A DNA stretch of 64,000 nt from Haliotis cracherodii (GCF_022045235.1 NW_027266279.1:7378001-7442000); one strand, 5' to 3'. Shown: positions 13,925-28,160, counted from the first letter of the stretch. A program made the numbers and translations. Notes: a model not told the origin generated them from the sequence alone.

Positions 13925-14612
13925 AACACAATAACCACCTACTCCAATATGTGCTGACGCAGCATTGTCACAGCATGACCAAGGTAAACCATAGTCAACA
14001 CAAGAACCATGTGATATATGCTGACAAATCATTTTCATAATTACCACCAATCTGATATATGCTGATAATGTATTTCATAATTACCACCTACTCTGATTTG
14101 TGCTGACAATGCACTTTCATAATTACCACCTACTCTGACATGTGCTGACACAGCATTTTCATAATTACCACTGATCTGATATGTGCTGACAATGCATTTC
14201 CATAATTATCACAACTTTGATATCTGCTGACACAGCATTTTCATAATTACCACTACTCTTATTTGTGCTGACAATACATTTCCATAATAACCACCAACTC
14301 TGACATGTGCTGACAATGAATTTCCATAATTACCACCAACTCTGACATGTGCTGACAATGCATTTTCATAATTACCAGCTACTCTGACAATGCATTTTCA
14401 TAATTACCACCTACTCTGACAGTTGCTGACAATGCATTTTCATAATTACCACCTACTCTGACATGTGCTGACAATGCAATTTCATAATTACCACTACTCT
14501 GATTTGTGCTGACAATGCATTTCCATAATTACCACCTACTCTGACATGTGCTGACAATGCATTTTCATAATTACCACCTACTCTGACATGTGCTGACGAT
14601 GCATTTTCATAG
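13925..14612. repeat. Minisatellite, about 42-bp unit, about 14 copies
   Basis: Unit CTGACAATGCATTTTCATAATTACCACCTACTCTGACATGTG. Confidence 0.92.
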
Positions 14613-17052
14613 CATACAGAATAATCACATACTTTGATATGTAAGGTGAGGAGTAATGGGGTTTAATGTTGTGTCCAAGATTATTGCACTTATAGAGCGA
14701 CTACTTTGACAGGTACTGACATGGCAAAGTCATAGCATCATAAAAAGGTACACAGAATGCAACATGTAACAACATATATCAATATGTCCTGCCATGATAA
14801 AAGCAAACCGTTTCAACTGAATTACCACTTACTATATAGATCATACATGGGGTTTGAACAGACAAGCATTCCATGGTTTCAGACAGATTCAATAATAGAA
14901 ACTCAGTTTACAGGAAAGCGGTATGTGAAGGATATAGAAAGCTGGGATGGAAAGGTTAAAGATAGTTTGACGAGTCACCACCTCGGGCAGGAAGTCCAAG
15001 TGCATTACATCAACATCTCTATGTTCTTTTGTTCATATCTTGGTGCCTTACATATAAATACACATGAGTTTCCTTATAAATAAATCCATATCTCTATAAT
15101 GATGGAAAGCATGGTAACAACAGAAACGGAAACAGCAGCTCCACCTGGGGAACTCTGGAATCCACGAGGGAATACAAAGTTTTGGTATGGAACCAAACGA
15201 TGGGGCTGTAATTTTCAATCTGGACTATTAAAATGAAAAAAGAATATGTTTTACTCCCTCAAAGTTTAAGAGCATCCATAACATAGTGAATGAATTCAGG
15301 AACGTCTTTGTCTGCAAGGGTTTAGTCTTTGTTGAAAAATGAACGAACTGTGTGTTTTCAATGGGTAAATAATAAACTAAACATCTGTTGAAATTGTTTC
15401 ACCAACTATAAGACACAGAGCCACCATAGCATATTGAATGACTACAGGAATGTTTCAGTCCCAAGAGGACAAGCTCTGTGAAGAACCAAATGCTTAATGT
15501 TTGTGCCTGTGATTTTCAAAGGCGTTAATTATTTTTTTCTTTGGGTTGAAAGATTAGATTTGTTTTACCTACCCAAGTTACAGTTATAGATGACGTGATG
15601 ATGATATGTTGACATCAAGGGATGTGTATCACGGCATCAAGTATCAATATTGACAGCAATCACAGCAGCCTTTAGACCTTATTTTTTTCAGTTGGTTTAT
15701 GAGACCTACCGACCAACAAGAAACAACTGAAATTAGAAAAAATAAAATGACTCTTGAAATATTGTGCTAACTGTTTCGCAATCAAGTGAAATGCAAAAAA
15801 CATACGAGATCTTACTCACCACTCTTACTGAGAAAACAAATTCTCGATTCTAACAACAAAAACCTCCAGTTGTTTGTTTTCATTAATTACAGCTTATCTG
15901 AAAGTTACAATTTTGTTTTGAATATCATTTTGGTCAACAAACATTGAATTTTAGGGCAATTTTGTTGTGAACTACTAGTAAAATATATAGGGCCTAATTT
16001 AACAGTAGTATTCATGATGCATGAAAATACTCCATTTTCACAGAATTTGGTATGTTTACTGGGATAATATTATATTCTTAATTTGACATATTTGTGGATA
16101 TGCCACAGTAAGATCTACCACAGATGTTAGTTAGCACTGCTTACCATAGAAGATATTCCACAGATCTGGGAATCTGCCATGGATTTGAAGGTTGAATATT
16201 TTCAACAAGGAACTCCCTACCTGTGACGATACAACACATGATTGCCTGATTGTATTTTTGTAAAGTCCCCTTTCATTCGAGGGGGGCTGCACTACGGTGT
16301 GAATTATGGATGAGATGGCAAGATTTCTGGCAACCTTATCACTTTCCCTTTCGAAAACACCAAAGGTGGTAATGTTGATTTCAATCTTTGATTACATTGA
16401 TGAAGCATGTTCACATGGAAATTGTGGGATTGATTTCTAAACATGCAATTTCAGTGAAACATGTTTACATGATCAAAATTGTATTTCTAGTCTAATGAAA
16501 GCATAAAAAAACTGTTCCAAACCAAGAATCACATCTGCTCAACACAGACTGACATTGAGTTAAAATTAAAGTTTGATGAAATAATTTCTGTAAATTGTTT
16601 CAGTGTACTTTAAACTTGCCTAAAGAAAAGCCAAAGTAACTATATTACCGCTATCTTACTCCTGCGCAATGACTGTGTAATTTTTATTTATATATAGGTA
16701 TTTATTTTACTAAAAGCCTTGGTAAGTCTAGATCAAACTAAACCAAGTCTAGTTTCCATGATTCCACATGAAAACAGCAAAAGAAGTGAGGTTCTTTTGA
16801 AGAAAGATATTATTTTAAGAAATATTTTCATTGACTAAGTGTTAGTCCACCAGTATCTGTACTCCTAATGTATTTATACACCATTAAAATGCACTTATAC
16901 ACCACCAACAAAGATACTGTATCGATTCATTTTAGAATCTAATATCACATTCAAACCCTGACATGACAACATTCTGTCACCTTTATCTGCTAATGGGAGT
17001 CCAGGTATCTGATAACACAGATGCAGCTGATGGGCAGATAGGACGGAGTGCT

Positions 17053-17082
17053 TCCCCCCCCCCCCCCCCACCCCCCCCCCCC
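17053..17082. repeat. Poly-C tract (poly-G on the minus strand)
   Basis: About 28 C interrupted by two A. Confidence 0.9.
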
Positions 17083-17271
17083 GATCATAGTCCTAGTGCA
17101 CTGGTTACATCCCTGCTTCTTATCAGTTCACGCTGTCATGTACTCACTCAGCATGCATCATGCATATCTCCACATGTATGCGCCCACATATGCATGCATA
17201 TTGTTGTTTTCTTTAATGCTGATTTTTCTTGCATTTTAATCTTAGACAAGTTTTGTTATTACCTCATGTGA

Positions 17272-17549
17272 GGGAGTGAGTGAGTTGGGTTTAACGCCGC
17301 TTTTAATAGTATTACAGTTATATCACGACGTGTCAGCTTAATGTGGGAGGAAAGCTCAAAGTGATGCAGGTCTCAGACATTTACCACTTCGGTGAAACCC
17401 ACGAGCAAGGGTATGGTGCTGACAAACCTAGAAACATCATGGGGTGAACCGGGATTCGAACCCACAATCATAGGTTTCTGGCGTGTCCAGGGGACGCAAC
17501 TCTGCACAGCGAATCGCGGCGCCTTAGACGACTAGGCCACCCGTGCCCC
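17272..17549 (-). mobile_element. SINE family C, full length
   Basis: 12-bp TSD TACCTCATGTGA (17260-17271 / 17554-17565). Confidence 0.92.
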
Positions 17550-17623
17550 ATGCTACCTCATGTGAATTTCTTACATTTGTGACATGGTCTAGTTTTGTGG
17601 ATTTTAGTGTGCTAGCCAAATGA

Positions 17624-17893
17624 TTTGGTTGGTTGGTTTGTTGTTTAATGTTGCACTCAGCAATATTCCAGCTATATGACGGCGGTCTGTAAATAATTGA
17701 GTCTTGACAAGACAATCCAGTGATTGATATCATGAGCATCGATCCACGCAATTGGGATCGATAACATGCATCAACGAAGTCAGCGAGCCTGACAACCCGA
17801 TCCCGTTAGTCGCCTCTTACAACAAGCATAGTCGCCTTTTGCCGGCAAGCATGGGTTGCTGATGACCTATTCTACCCCGGATCTTCATTGGTC
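17624..17893 (-). mobile_element. SINE family B, full length
   Basis: 13-bp TSD GCTAGCCAAATGA (17611-17623 / 17894-17906). Confidence 0.93.
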
Positions 17894-17943
17894 GCTAGCC
17901 AAATGAGATGATGATGCCGCAGTTTAACAAGAATATCCCACAA

Positions 17944-18123
17944 AGACACAGAAAACTGACTCCGGGCCGACCAGCCCTTGTTTGAGCCCCTTAATGCCGA
18001 GCGCCAGGCAGGGTAACAACAAGCACAAAACTATGGTGGTGAAGACTTGATATACTAGTAGGGGAATTCCCCGGACCTTCCGCACTACAAGCAGATGCTC
18101 TACCACTAGACCATGGAGGCAGT
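17944..18123 (-). mobile_element. SINE family D, 5' half
   Basis: Meta-like core and tRNA head. Confidence 0.75.
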
Positions 18124-18197
18124 CGCATAGGAGGAGAAGCGAACACATATTAAATGACTCAGCTCTTGAGGAAGGAGTATTTAAGTGTGTGAGATGC

Positions 18198-18340
18198 ACA
18201 GTGTACTGACTCTGAGCCGACCAGTCCTTGTTTTAGCCCCTTAATGCAAAAAGCCAGACAGGGTAACAACATATACCATCTTTTAACATCTTTTGGTATG
18301 ATGCAGCCGGGGACCGAACCAGTAGACCACAAAGGCGGTC
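18198..18340 (-). mobile_element. SINE family D, 5' half with head deletion
   Basis: Meta-like core. Confidence 0.75.
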
Positions 18341-20905
18341 TTTAAGTGGTAGTTTTGTTAGCACGTGACAAGAACGACTTCCACAAAACTTAATTATTGT
18401 GGGCTATCATGTTTCTGATAATAATAATTGTGGATTGAGTCCACCTTCACTTGTGTGAGGGCAAAGTCATGTTTATTACTATTTGCATAATGTATTCATG
18501 AGATGACACAGCCTCAAGGACATAAAGTGTACCGGTACTAATCTCTGCATACAAACAGTAAGCTCATATGATATTTGAGATAAGCGATTAAGGGACTGGT
18601 GTGATGGAAAGGTCATACCTACCATTATACTGCTATGATGTAGAATAATTGTGTGTTGCACAGCAATATTTCTCTTTATTACTGTAACAGTTCACTATGT
18701 CATCTGATGTACTCTTGATTTATGATACATCAGTCTTTAAATAAAGATAACCTTCTCACTTGATGAAATAGTTTCTGAGATTATCACTTTACATCAAGAG
18801 CACCAATGTTGGAAGGAAACAATAAGAAACCAAACAGGACACATTTTTCTTTTCAATTAAATTTGAAGAAGAATCTTGACAGAGATATGTGTGAAACTTA
18901 CTGAAGATATTGATGAAAAGAAACATTAAAAAATTATGACCGATGCGATTTCCAAGTTGACTTGCCTTTGCATGTGTTCTTCAAATTTGATTAAGTCAGA
19001 TTTCAGGACAATAAGACTACATCTACATTAAACAACTACATCAGTCTGTCTCAGTAAGCAAGACAAACCCATCACCAGTAAGGGATTAATATGAAGTGAC
19101 AGGGGATCAAACCAACTGCCTTCTGTCCTAATCAACAAACAACGGAAAAAGTCCTTCTCTATAATGAATATTTCACGATTACCTGTTGTGAAGAGGTGCC
19201 TTGTATATATTGTATATAGGAACCATTGAGTACAAAGGAACTCTCTTAAATTCTCTTAATTTCCAGGCAAGAATAGAATAAAATAAGTGTTCAGAAGATA
19301 TCAGTCAAAAATGATGTCACCAATGACATTAACTGTGACTTCATCAAACACTGTGACGTACCAAATAGATGTATCACCGATTGATAAAAGGAGGTGCTTA
19401 CTAAAACCATACATAACTAGTTAAACACAGTGTGCAGTTTAGTAGCTTGTTACTGTCTATGACACATCAACAAACTCCTCACAGGGTATATCAAGATAAC
19501 ATATCTACAAACTCCTCACAGAGTGTAGTCCTGCACCATAACCATGGAATATATTTATTTTATTAAAAAATTCTAGAAACGCATACAAAAGCAAGTCTAT
19601 CCAGCTCTAGCTAGTCCACATCAGCATAGGGAATTTTTATTTTATTTTTAGAGTCAAGAAGGATATTGTGTAATATAAGATTTCAGAGACTAAATGTTAG
19701 TCTACATGGGGTGTATCAAAGTAATGTTTCCGTCTATGACATATCTACAAACTCCTCACAGGGTGTACCAAGGTAACATGTTACCGTCCATTATAGAAGC
19801 TATCATAAACTCACCTTAATGATCATGATCAGGGCACAAGTAAGCAACAACCAGACTAAGCTTTCCTTTCCGCGAGGGGGAAATCCTCCAGCCTCCAAAG
19901 CTTTAAAGTTTGAGCTTTTTGTGAACTTGTGCAGGGTCACCCTGGCACAGTATTGGGTTACAACCCTCAACAAAGACCTCTGAACATAAATAACAACATT
20001 TTGAACCCAAAATGGCAGCTCAACCATAGGAATGCAGGCTGCTTTCAGGGTTGGATATGCCAGCTATTGACGCCAGTGGATAACCTGATGAAAAAACAGT
20101 TCTCTGTGGATGTGGAGGCTGTTGCAATTGAAGGAATGTGATTGGGAACAAATTGCTCACGAGCGTTTAGATCATCCAATGCATAATTCACCGTCACAGG
20201 AAAACTGCCCGAACAAAACTGAACACGCATGTTAATCTAACATGTAAATTGTTTGTGTTGAAGAAACCAGTCTGTTTGTCTGCTTGAAATCATAAAACTG
20301 TCAAACCAATACCTAAAACACTAGACTTAATATCTACTAAAAGAAAAATCGAATTAAAGAAAATAACATCAAACATACTTTTATCAAAAGTTGTGCAATT
20401 ATCATCACTTTTATAAGATACTGTTCTTTTAACTGAACATATATGTTTTACAATAAGACTTTGATAGCATATCTGATGACAAGCGAGTAATAATACCTTG
20501 AGGGTTACAGACAGACAACCTGCCTCTGAACCTTGTGTCTTGTGTCTTGTGTCTTGTGTTACATTCAGGCAATCATTTGCTTACAAATAAAACCCCAGTT
20601 AATGATCTGTGCTGATATAAACTGGCCACAGATAACCTGTGTAATCTGATACTGTTTGCGCAAATCTTTGTAGTGTTTTAGAATTATGAGCTAACATGCC
20701 CACATACGTCCTAGTCCTCATTTCTTTAGCTAATCTGTAATAAATTACATATCATGCTTAGAAAACTGTGTTATATTTATATATATGGATCAGATGACAA
20801 TCCTCATTAAAAACTACACACTTGAACTCTCAAAATGATCTGAAATGGAATCAATAACAAACTGCCCTTTTGTATCATTTTTGCAGTGAAACAGGCACAC
20901 AATTA

Positions 20906-21370
20906 CCATATTTGACGTAATAAGCGCCCAGGGAGCTCTCAAAATTAGAAATACGGGGCGCTTATTAGAATATTATTTTGGTGAGAGAAAAAACAGAGTT
21001 GAAAGATCGTAAATTTCGTGGTTAATGCTGACAGCCTGAAATGTTTACATACGACAGATATATTTTTCCAGAATTTAATTGCCCATAATTAAGGGTGCAT
21101 ATTACACACAAGTGCGTATTATACAGAAATAGTGAGTGAGTGAGTGAGTGAGTATGGTTTTACGCCGCTTTTAGCAATATTCCAGCAATATCACGGCGGG
21201 GGACACCAGAAATGGGCTTCACACATTGTACCCATATACAGAAATATATAAGTCTTGTGTACATTGATCAATCGGAAGGGGTGCTGATTGGGATTGTTCA
21301 CTAGCCAATATATTAGCAAATATCGCCGTGGGAGCTTATTAGAGCGGGGCACTTATTACGTTGAATACGG
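20906..21370. mobile_element. Tc2-like MITE, second copy, carrying a SINE-A insertion
   Basis: Near-identical to 11763-12110; TA flanks. Confidence 0.82.
21132..21234 (-). mobile_element. SINE family A, 5'-truncated
   Basis: 12-bp TSD TATACAGAAATA (21120-21131 / 21235-21246); empty site visible in the 11.97-kb MITE copy. Confidence 0.92.
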
Positions 21371-21680
21371 TAAGTCTAATTGAACAATTACCTTTCTGTT
21401 ATATGCACTTTATAATTCATAATCAAGAAATGAGGAAAACAGAGACAAACAGATCTTTTGCATAAGGTACATAAATAACTGCATTACAGATGAAAAAAAT
21501 TGTCAGTCAGCCCTGATAATTATTTTCTGAAATGTTTATGTCTAAAACATAAATCTCCAAACTCACACTACGAAAGGATATTTTTTCATTTGGCATCAAA
21601 CATCTATAACATGACTAAAAAAATGAAATCTTGTTTATCAGGATCAATAAAAAAAGAAATTCTTTTGTTACACCTCTGTT

Positions 21681-21736
21681 CATCACCACCACCATCATCA
21701 TCATCATCATCATCATCATAATCATTATCATCATCA
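21681..21736. repeat. (CAT)n/(CAC)n microsatellite
   Basis: Direct inspection. Confidence 0.9.
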
Positions 21737-22925
21737 AACATGCTCTGACACATGTGCTGAACAATAGCATCATTCTATTGTAATTCTGATACTCAAAGAC
21801 AAAGGTTGAACTATTTTTTGTAAGCATAACGATGATGAATAACTACATAGTAATGTCATAACAGGGTTCAAAAAGAAATTTACTTGACAAATTTTAGGCC
21901 AAAATAGATATTATTAAAACCAAAAGAACTAAACTGACATTACCAGAAAAAAATTCATTTGAAGCCTTGATGCCTCTAACAAAGAATACTTGGCACATGA
22001 TTAAAAATACACTGCCATTACATGAGTTTCATTGGATTTGCAAACAACTCCATCACTGCCATCACTGCCTGAATCCTGACATAATCTTGGATTCCAACTT
22101 AAGCATTCATGGAAGACAAATTGCCTGAATTCCAGTCATATCATGGTGACCTGAAAATAATCCCCAAACTAGTGGTCGATAGCATGATCCACAAGGCTGG
22201 GGCACAGATGTAGATCAGGAGATCACACATGGTATAACCATGATTCCCTATCTCTGACAGTGACATCTAGTGACAAGCTTGGAGTTCCCACAGGGTCCAA
22301 CTTCAAGGCATTTTCAAGCCTGAATTAAGTGTGTATTAATGAGGACACATTTCACGACTTAATGGATGTTTTGATGCCAAATGTGGTTCTAAAAAAGCAC
22401 TTTCTCCGGTTATGATGTGGAAGTGTGCACCCTGCTACTAAATCACAATCATGGGCTTCTTTAATTCAAATATAAAGTCATAAAACTCTGATAAACCACA
22501 GATCCTGTGATGCTTGGGAGAAACAGAATACAGGTAGGATTCAGATTTAATTATTTACACATAAAAGTACAGAGAAAGTGGGAGGAGTTGTACTGCTGCG
22601 CGGAGTCAGGCACCAAAAAACACTTACTTTTTTATGGAGAAAGTAACCTCGTGCGGGGCTGATGGGTTAATAAAGGTAAACACTGTGACGTCATGTCCGT
22701 CTAACTGGGTATGCGCAGACTGTTTGGAAGTGCATTGTTGGAAGTAATTACTGTAACATGATCCAGACGGAATGAAAAACACATTCAGATGACAGAGTTT
22801 TTAAGAAATATAAAAGTAAAGGGGTGATTGACCTGTAATCGGTAAATTAAATATGAACGTGTAAGTACTGTTGTTGCACAAACTAAAATATCAAATTACC
22901 ATTTACTTTTTGATATAAATGTGTG

Positions 22926-22990
22926 AGTGTCGGTGCTTCTGGTACGGCAGGACACTTACTCTTTTCACAAACACCTGGTGTCATCATTTA
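22926..22990 (+). mobile_element. Penelope-like element 3'-UTR motif fragment
   Basis: CGGTGCTTCTGGTACGGCAGGACACTTACTCTT..CACCTGGTGTCATC resembles the motif downstream of the RT relic at 23605-23645 (minus). Confidence 0.4.
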
Positions 22991-23514
22991 TTTTCAGTGA
23001 TCCATTCATATAATTTCCACGATATTTCGCCTGTTACAACCAATGGAATCTGTTTCGGTGGATCATGTAGACTGGTTATTCTCTGATTGTTTATGTTCAC
23101 ACACTAGCATCTTGGGGGCAAAAGTAAAAAAAAATATTCATGATAGTAGTTTTGTAAAACTATTAAAAATCAACCATAGTAAACTTTCATGACAATTAGG
23201 CCACATACAATTATTAAGGAAAATATTAATTGATACCTTAAGGTTATCTTTTCTTTTGATTTTTAGTGTGTTTGGATGGATGTAGATTATGTATGTATTC
23301 TATGCTATTAGTCTTAATAAATCAGGTGTTCCTTAACATATTTAGAGTAGTATATGTAGTCCTTGCAATAGCTCAAATGTTTAAGATTTAGGGTTCAAGA
23401 TTCGCATGCCTTCAAGGCAACAGGAGTCCTCTTAATTTCAAACACAGATCTCATTGCACAAAAGGAGGTGACTGCTCAGCTAACTGGTTGAATAATGAAG
23501 CGACAAGGCCCTTT

Positions 23515-23600
23515 CCATTTCCAATAGAAATCTCTGCATAAAGCAGAGTCAATTGTACAATACTAGTATATCATGTGTTTATGAATCACTATCAAATAGT
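23515..23600. repeat. Unclassified dispersed repeat (second copy at 33685-33776)
   Basis: CCAATAGAAATCTCTGCATA..ATGTGTTTATGAATCACTATCAAATAG shared. Confidence 0.7.
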
Positions 23601-23604
23601 AATG

Positions 23605-23895
23605 ATACCAGGTGGGTAAGGTATCCTGCCCCACCAGTGGCAACCATCACAAACACATGCAAAGACAAGTCAATTGTTCACCTGAAAAAACACAGGAACA
23701 TATGGTACAAGTCGAATTAGGGAATCGCATCGGACATCATTTTTGTCAACGATGCGTCACATTTGGAAATGTCCTCCACATGCCTACCATAAAACTTTTT
23801 GAAAGCTTTACTGAGGCCTTGAACGTTGTAGCCTTGATCACATGCCGCAGGACCTGGAAATATTCCCCACATGGACACCTTGTGTGAAGCAGCCT
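23605..23895 (-). pseudogene. Penelope-like retroelement RT C-terminal relic plus 3'-UTR motif
   Basis: Open frame 23839-23717 reads DQGYNVQGLSKAFKKFYGRHVEDISKCDASLTKMMSDAIP*, preceded by broken GVHV..SRSCG; resembles the remembered mollusc PLE motif GVYISQLIRYSRAC..QG..KFYGRH. Confidence 0.6.
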
Positions 23896-23974
23896 TGGAT
23901 CATGTTATGGCTAAGACTGATATATTTTCATTAACATTTCAAGTTTGGAGAAAGATTTAAGTCAGACAGTGATT

Positions 23975-24185
23975 GAGTGAGTTGAGTTCAATGCCGCTTT
24001 GAACAGTATTCCAGTTTAATCACGTGTCAGCTAGATGTGGGAGGAAAGCCCGAAGTGATGCAGGTCTCAGACGTTAACCACTTTGGTGAAACCCACGAGC
24101 ATGGTGCTCTGAATCAGATAGCGACACAATCGGAAGAACCAATGACAATCGATTTCTGGCGAGACCAAGGACTGCGACTCTGTGC
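23975..24185 (-). mobile_element. SINE family C, diverged head
   Basis: Tail and V-like domain match C; head rearranged. Confidence 0.75.
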
Positions 24186-25232
24186 CTTCGGTGTGTCGAG
24201 GAAACATTTTAACAGCTGGACTACAATACCACTCCAACAAGAAATGCTTGAATTTTTGGTATTTTTATTAATGTGACAAACAGGATTGACAGTAATTCAA
24301 TAAAAAAATGCATTAAAAACACATAATGTATCAAAGAAGTGGACGATACTCTTCAGCAGGAAATCTTTCCAAAACCATATTCATAAGATACAATAGATAA
24401 TCCCTTCCATGCAGACAACAGAGATTTATCTAGGATTCAAGACGAAGTGCCTCGGGAATAAATACAATTTTGTAGATATTTTTCTTATTACCTTAACTTC
24501 ACAAGTCACCTCTACAAAACAATACCATGAGCTATAATATATTAATCATGTTAATATGAACTGGGAAGTTTATAATTTCAATTCAGGAATGGTACTGACA
24601 TTTGCTGACTTCTAAAATAAATATTCATAAGTGCCTTAACTAAATTGTTTCTATTTTGGTGTAAGTTACAGGTTAAGAAGACAACTGATTGAAAGACAAA
24701 AGTCAGCTAGAGCCAGCCATGATGACATTCACATACTTTTCACATTTGAACTTGTGCAATGTTTGTCAGTAATTCTTGTTTTCCATCACCCTGTAGTTTA
24801 TGAGGTTGTATTTTGAGATTAAAATGTAACTCCTTATTCACTATCATATATCTTTAAGGTTATTTCCCTTAGTGTGTGATGGAATCTCGCAGACATGTGG
24901 CTATGCAGATATAATGAAGATTTATAGAAGCCTCCATATTTATCTTGATGTGACATCTTAACTGGTGACAGTTTACAGGAGATATTTACACAAATAATCA
25001 CTAGGAAGTCTTGAACATAAACAAGAATAAATAACTTAAAAACAGCCCCTAGAATACCTAGATATCAAATTGTCATGTTTTACCAAAAAGAGACACAACT
25101 AGAACCAATTCTAGTGAAGACATTCTCAGCGTTGTATTCAGATTGTACAATTTTATCCAGTTGTACCCCGACCCAAAAAAAAAAAAAAGAAAGAAAAAAG
25201 ACAACCAGGAAACATATAAGTAGTAAATATAT

Positions 25233-25402
25233 ACACATACAGTATACTGACTCCAAGCCGACCAGGCCCTTAATGCTGAGCGCCAGACAGGGTAACAACA
25301 AGTACCATCTTTTAACGTCTTTAAGAATGATGTGGCCGGGGATCGAACCCCGGACCTTCCGCTCTCTGGGCGGACACTCTACCAATAGACCACGGAGGTG
25401 GT
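25233..25402 (-). mobile_element. SINE family D, 5' half
   Basis: tRNA head with GGTTCGATCCCC B box and Meta-like core. Confidence 0.85.
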
Positions 25403-25571
25403 AGAAAAAGGTAGAGAAAGGACTCAGGTTTCTTGATTGTAAATCACAGTCTATTATACAAAAAATAGTTTGATATATTGATTCATGAATTGAGCTCAGA
25501 AGATGTCAAAAAACAAAATAATATATAATAAATAATAATAGCAAATCAGAAGCATAAGTCTGAGCTGTATA

Positions 25572-25731
25572 TACTCACTGCCAAAAGAAACACCAACAGC
25601 AGACATGTTGGTTAATATAGACAGTCTGGGGTTACACTTGACTGATTGTTACTTATGTCTTTAACTAGTACACATGGGAAACATACTTCTCAAAATGTTT
25701 CTCTGGTTCGCCTTTCTTTTGGCAGTGAGTA
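25572..25731. mobile_element. Tc1/mariner-type MITE, 160 bp
   Basis: Perfect 21-nt inverted repeat TATACTCACTGCCAAAAGAAA (25570-25590 / 25713-25733) including TA flanks. Confidence 0.8.
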
Positions 25732-26204
25732 TAAATAATGTCCATCTTTGTTTATACCATATATCATTGTTGTCACATACCTTCATGTAAAACACACACT
25801 GTCAACATTCAGACACATATGTTGCACAAACAGTCAAGTACCTGTGTCACGATAATGTCTCTAAGTAGGTTTATATCGCATGGATGTAACGTCTCATTCA
25901 GAGAGCACACTTGAATGGCCAGAGCTGGACTTTGGTGACTCCTGTTGATGGATTGATTGTGTAGCCCATTGTCTAATTCTGACCCACATTTGTGGGCATG
26001 TCAACAGCATTGCCCGGTACTTGGGGGCCATGTCAAATCTATCCTAACATTTTCTGAATGCTCTGGGACTGTGTCAAAACTACCAAATCATTCTGTCAAA
26101 ACTATCAAATCATTCGTAACCATCCAGGTACTGTTTGTCACACTGATCCATCACATTTTCTTAAAGATCAATGTCTGTCCCATCCTTATAATTTCCATAC
26201 GGCT

Positions 26205-28160
26205 CTGGGACCATGTCAATACACACCTTACCATTTCCACCCTATATAGGGACTGTGTCAATACACACCTTATCATTTCCACCCTATATAGGGACCATGT
26301 CAATACACACCTTACCCTTTCCACCCTATATAGGGACCGTTCCAATACACACCTTATCATTTCCACCCCATATAGGGACCATGTCAATACATACCTTACC
26401 ATTTCCACCCCATATAGGAACAATGTCATAATACACCTTACCATTTCCACCCCATACAGGGACCATGTCATAATACACCTTATCATTTCCACCCCATATA
26501 GGGACCATGTCATAATACACCTTACCATTTCCACCCCATATAGGGACCATGTAATAATACACCTTTCCATTTCCACCCCATATAGGAACCATGTCTTAAT
26601 ACACCTTATCATTTCCACCCCATATAGGGACCATGTCATAATACACCTTATCATTTCCATCCCATATAGGGACCATGTCATAATACACCTTACCATTTCC
26701 ACTCCATATAGGGACCATGTCATAATACACCTTACCATTTCCACCCCATATAGGGACCATGTCATAATACACCTTACCATTTCCACTCCATATAGGGACC
26801 ATGTCATAATACACCTTACCATTTCCACCCCATATAGGAACCATGTCATAATACACCTTACCATTTCCACTCCATATAGGGACCATGTCATAATACACCT
26901 TACCATTTCCACCCCATATAGGGACCATGTCATAATTCACCTTACCAATTCCACCCCATATAGGAACCATGTCATAATACACCTTACCATTTCCACCCCA
27001 TATAGGGACCATGTCATAATACACCTTACCATTTCCACTCCATATAGGGACCATGTCATAATACACCTTACCATTTCCACCCCATATAGGGACCATGTCA
27101 TAATACACCTTACCATTTCCACCCCATATAGGGACCATGTCATAATACACCTTACCATTTCCACTCCATATAGGGACCATGTCATAATACACCTTACCAT
27201 TTCCACTCCATATAGGGACCATGTCATAATACACCTTACCATTTCCACTCCATATAGGGACCATGTCATAATACACCTTACCATTTCCACCCCATATAGG
27301 GACCATGTCATAATACACCTTATCATTTCCACCCCATATAGGGACCATGTCATAATACACCTTACCATTTCCACCCCATATAGGGACCATGTAATAATAC
27401 ACCTTTCCATTTCCACCCCATATAGGAACCATGTCTTAATACACCTTATCATTTCCACCCCATATAGGGACCATGTCATAATACACCTTATCATTTCCAT
27501 CCCATATAAGGACCATGTCATAATACACCTTACCATTTCCACTCCATATAGGGACCATGTCATAATACACCTTACCATTTCCACCCCATATAGGGACCAT
27601 GTCATAATACACCTTACCATTTCCACTCCATATAGGGACCATGTCATAATACACCTTACCATTTCCACCCCATATAGGAACCATGTCATAATACACCTTA
27701 CCATTTCCACTCCATATAGGGACCATGTCATAATACACCTTACCATTTCCACCCCATATAGGGACCATGTCATAATTCACCTTACCAATTCCACCCCATA
27801 TAGGAACCATGTCATAATACACCTTACCATTTCCACCCCATATAGGGACCATGTCATAATACACCTTACCATTTCCACTCCATATAGGGACCATGTCATA
27901 ATACACCTTACCATTTCCACCCCATATAGGGACCATGTCATAATACACCTTACCATTTCCACCCCATATAGGGACCATGTCATAATACACCTTACCATTT
28001 CCACTCCATATAGGGACCATGTCATAATACACCTTACCATTTCCACTCCATATAGGGACCATGTCATAATACACCTTACCATTTCCACCCCATATAGGGA
28101 CCATGTCATAATACACCTTACCATTTCCACCCCATATAGGGACCATGTCATAATACACCT
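26205..28160. repeat. Minisatellite, 42-bp unit, about 46 copies, with 840-bp higher-order duplication
   Basis: Unit GGGACCATGTCATAATACACCTTACCATTTCCACCCCATATA; degenerate units extend to about 25980 and 28420. Confidence 0.97.

Noticed and set aside
15814-15843. 8-nt microexon pattern ttttctcag-TAAGAGTG-gtgagt (minus)
   Set aside because: Not frame-preserving and plausible by chance.
22640-22670. piggyBac-like end GGG|TTAA (and Kolobok-like GCCCCT|TTAA at about 55350)
   Set aside because: No matching opposite terminus found in the window.
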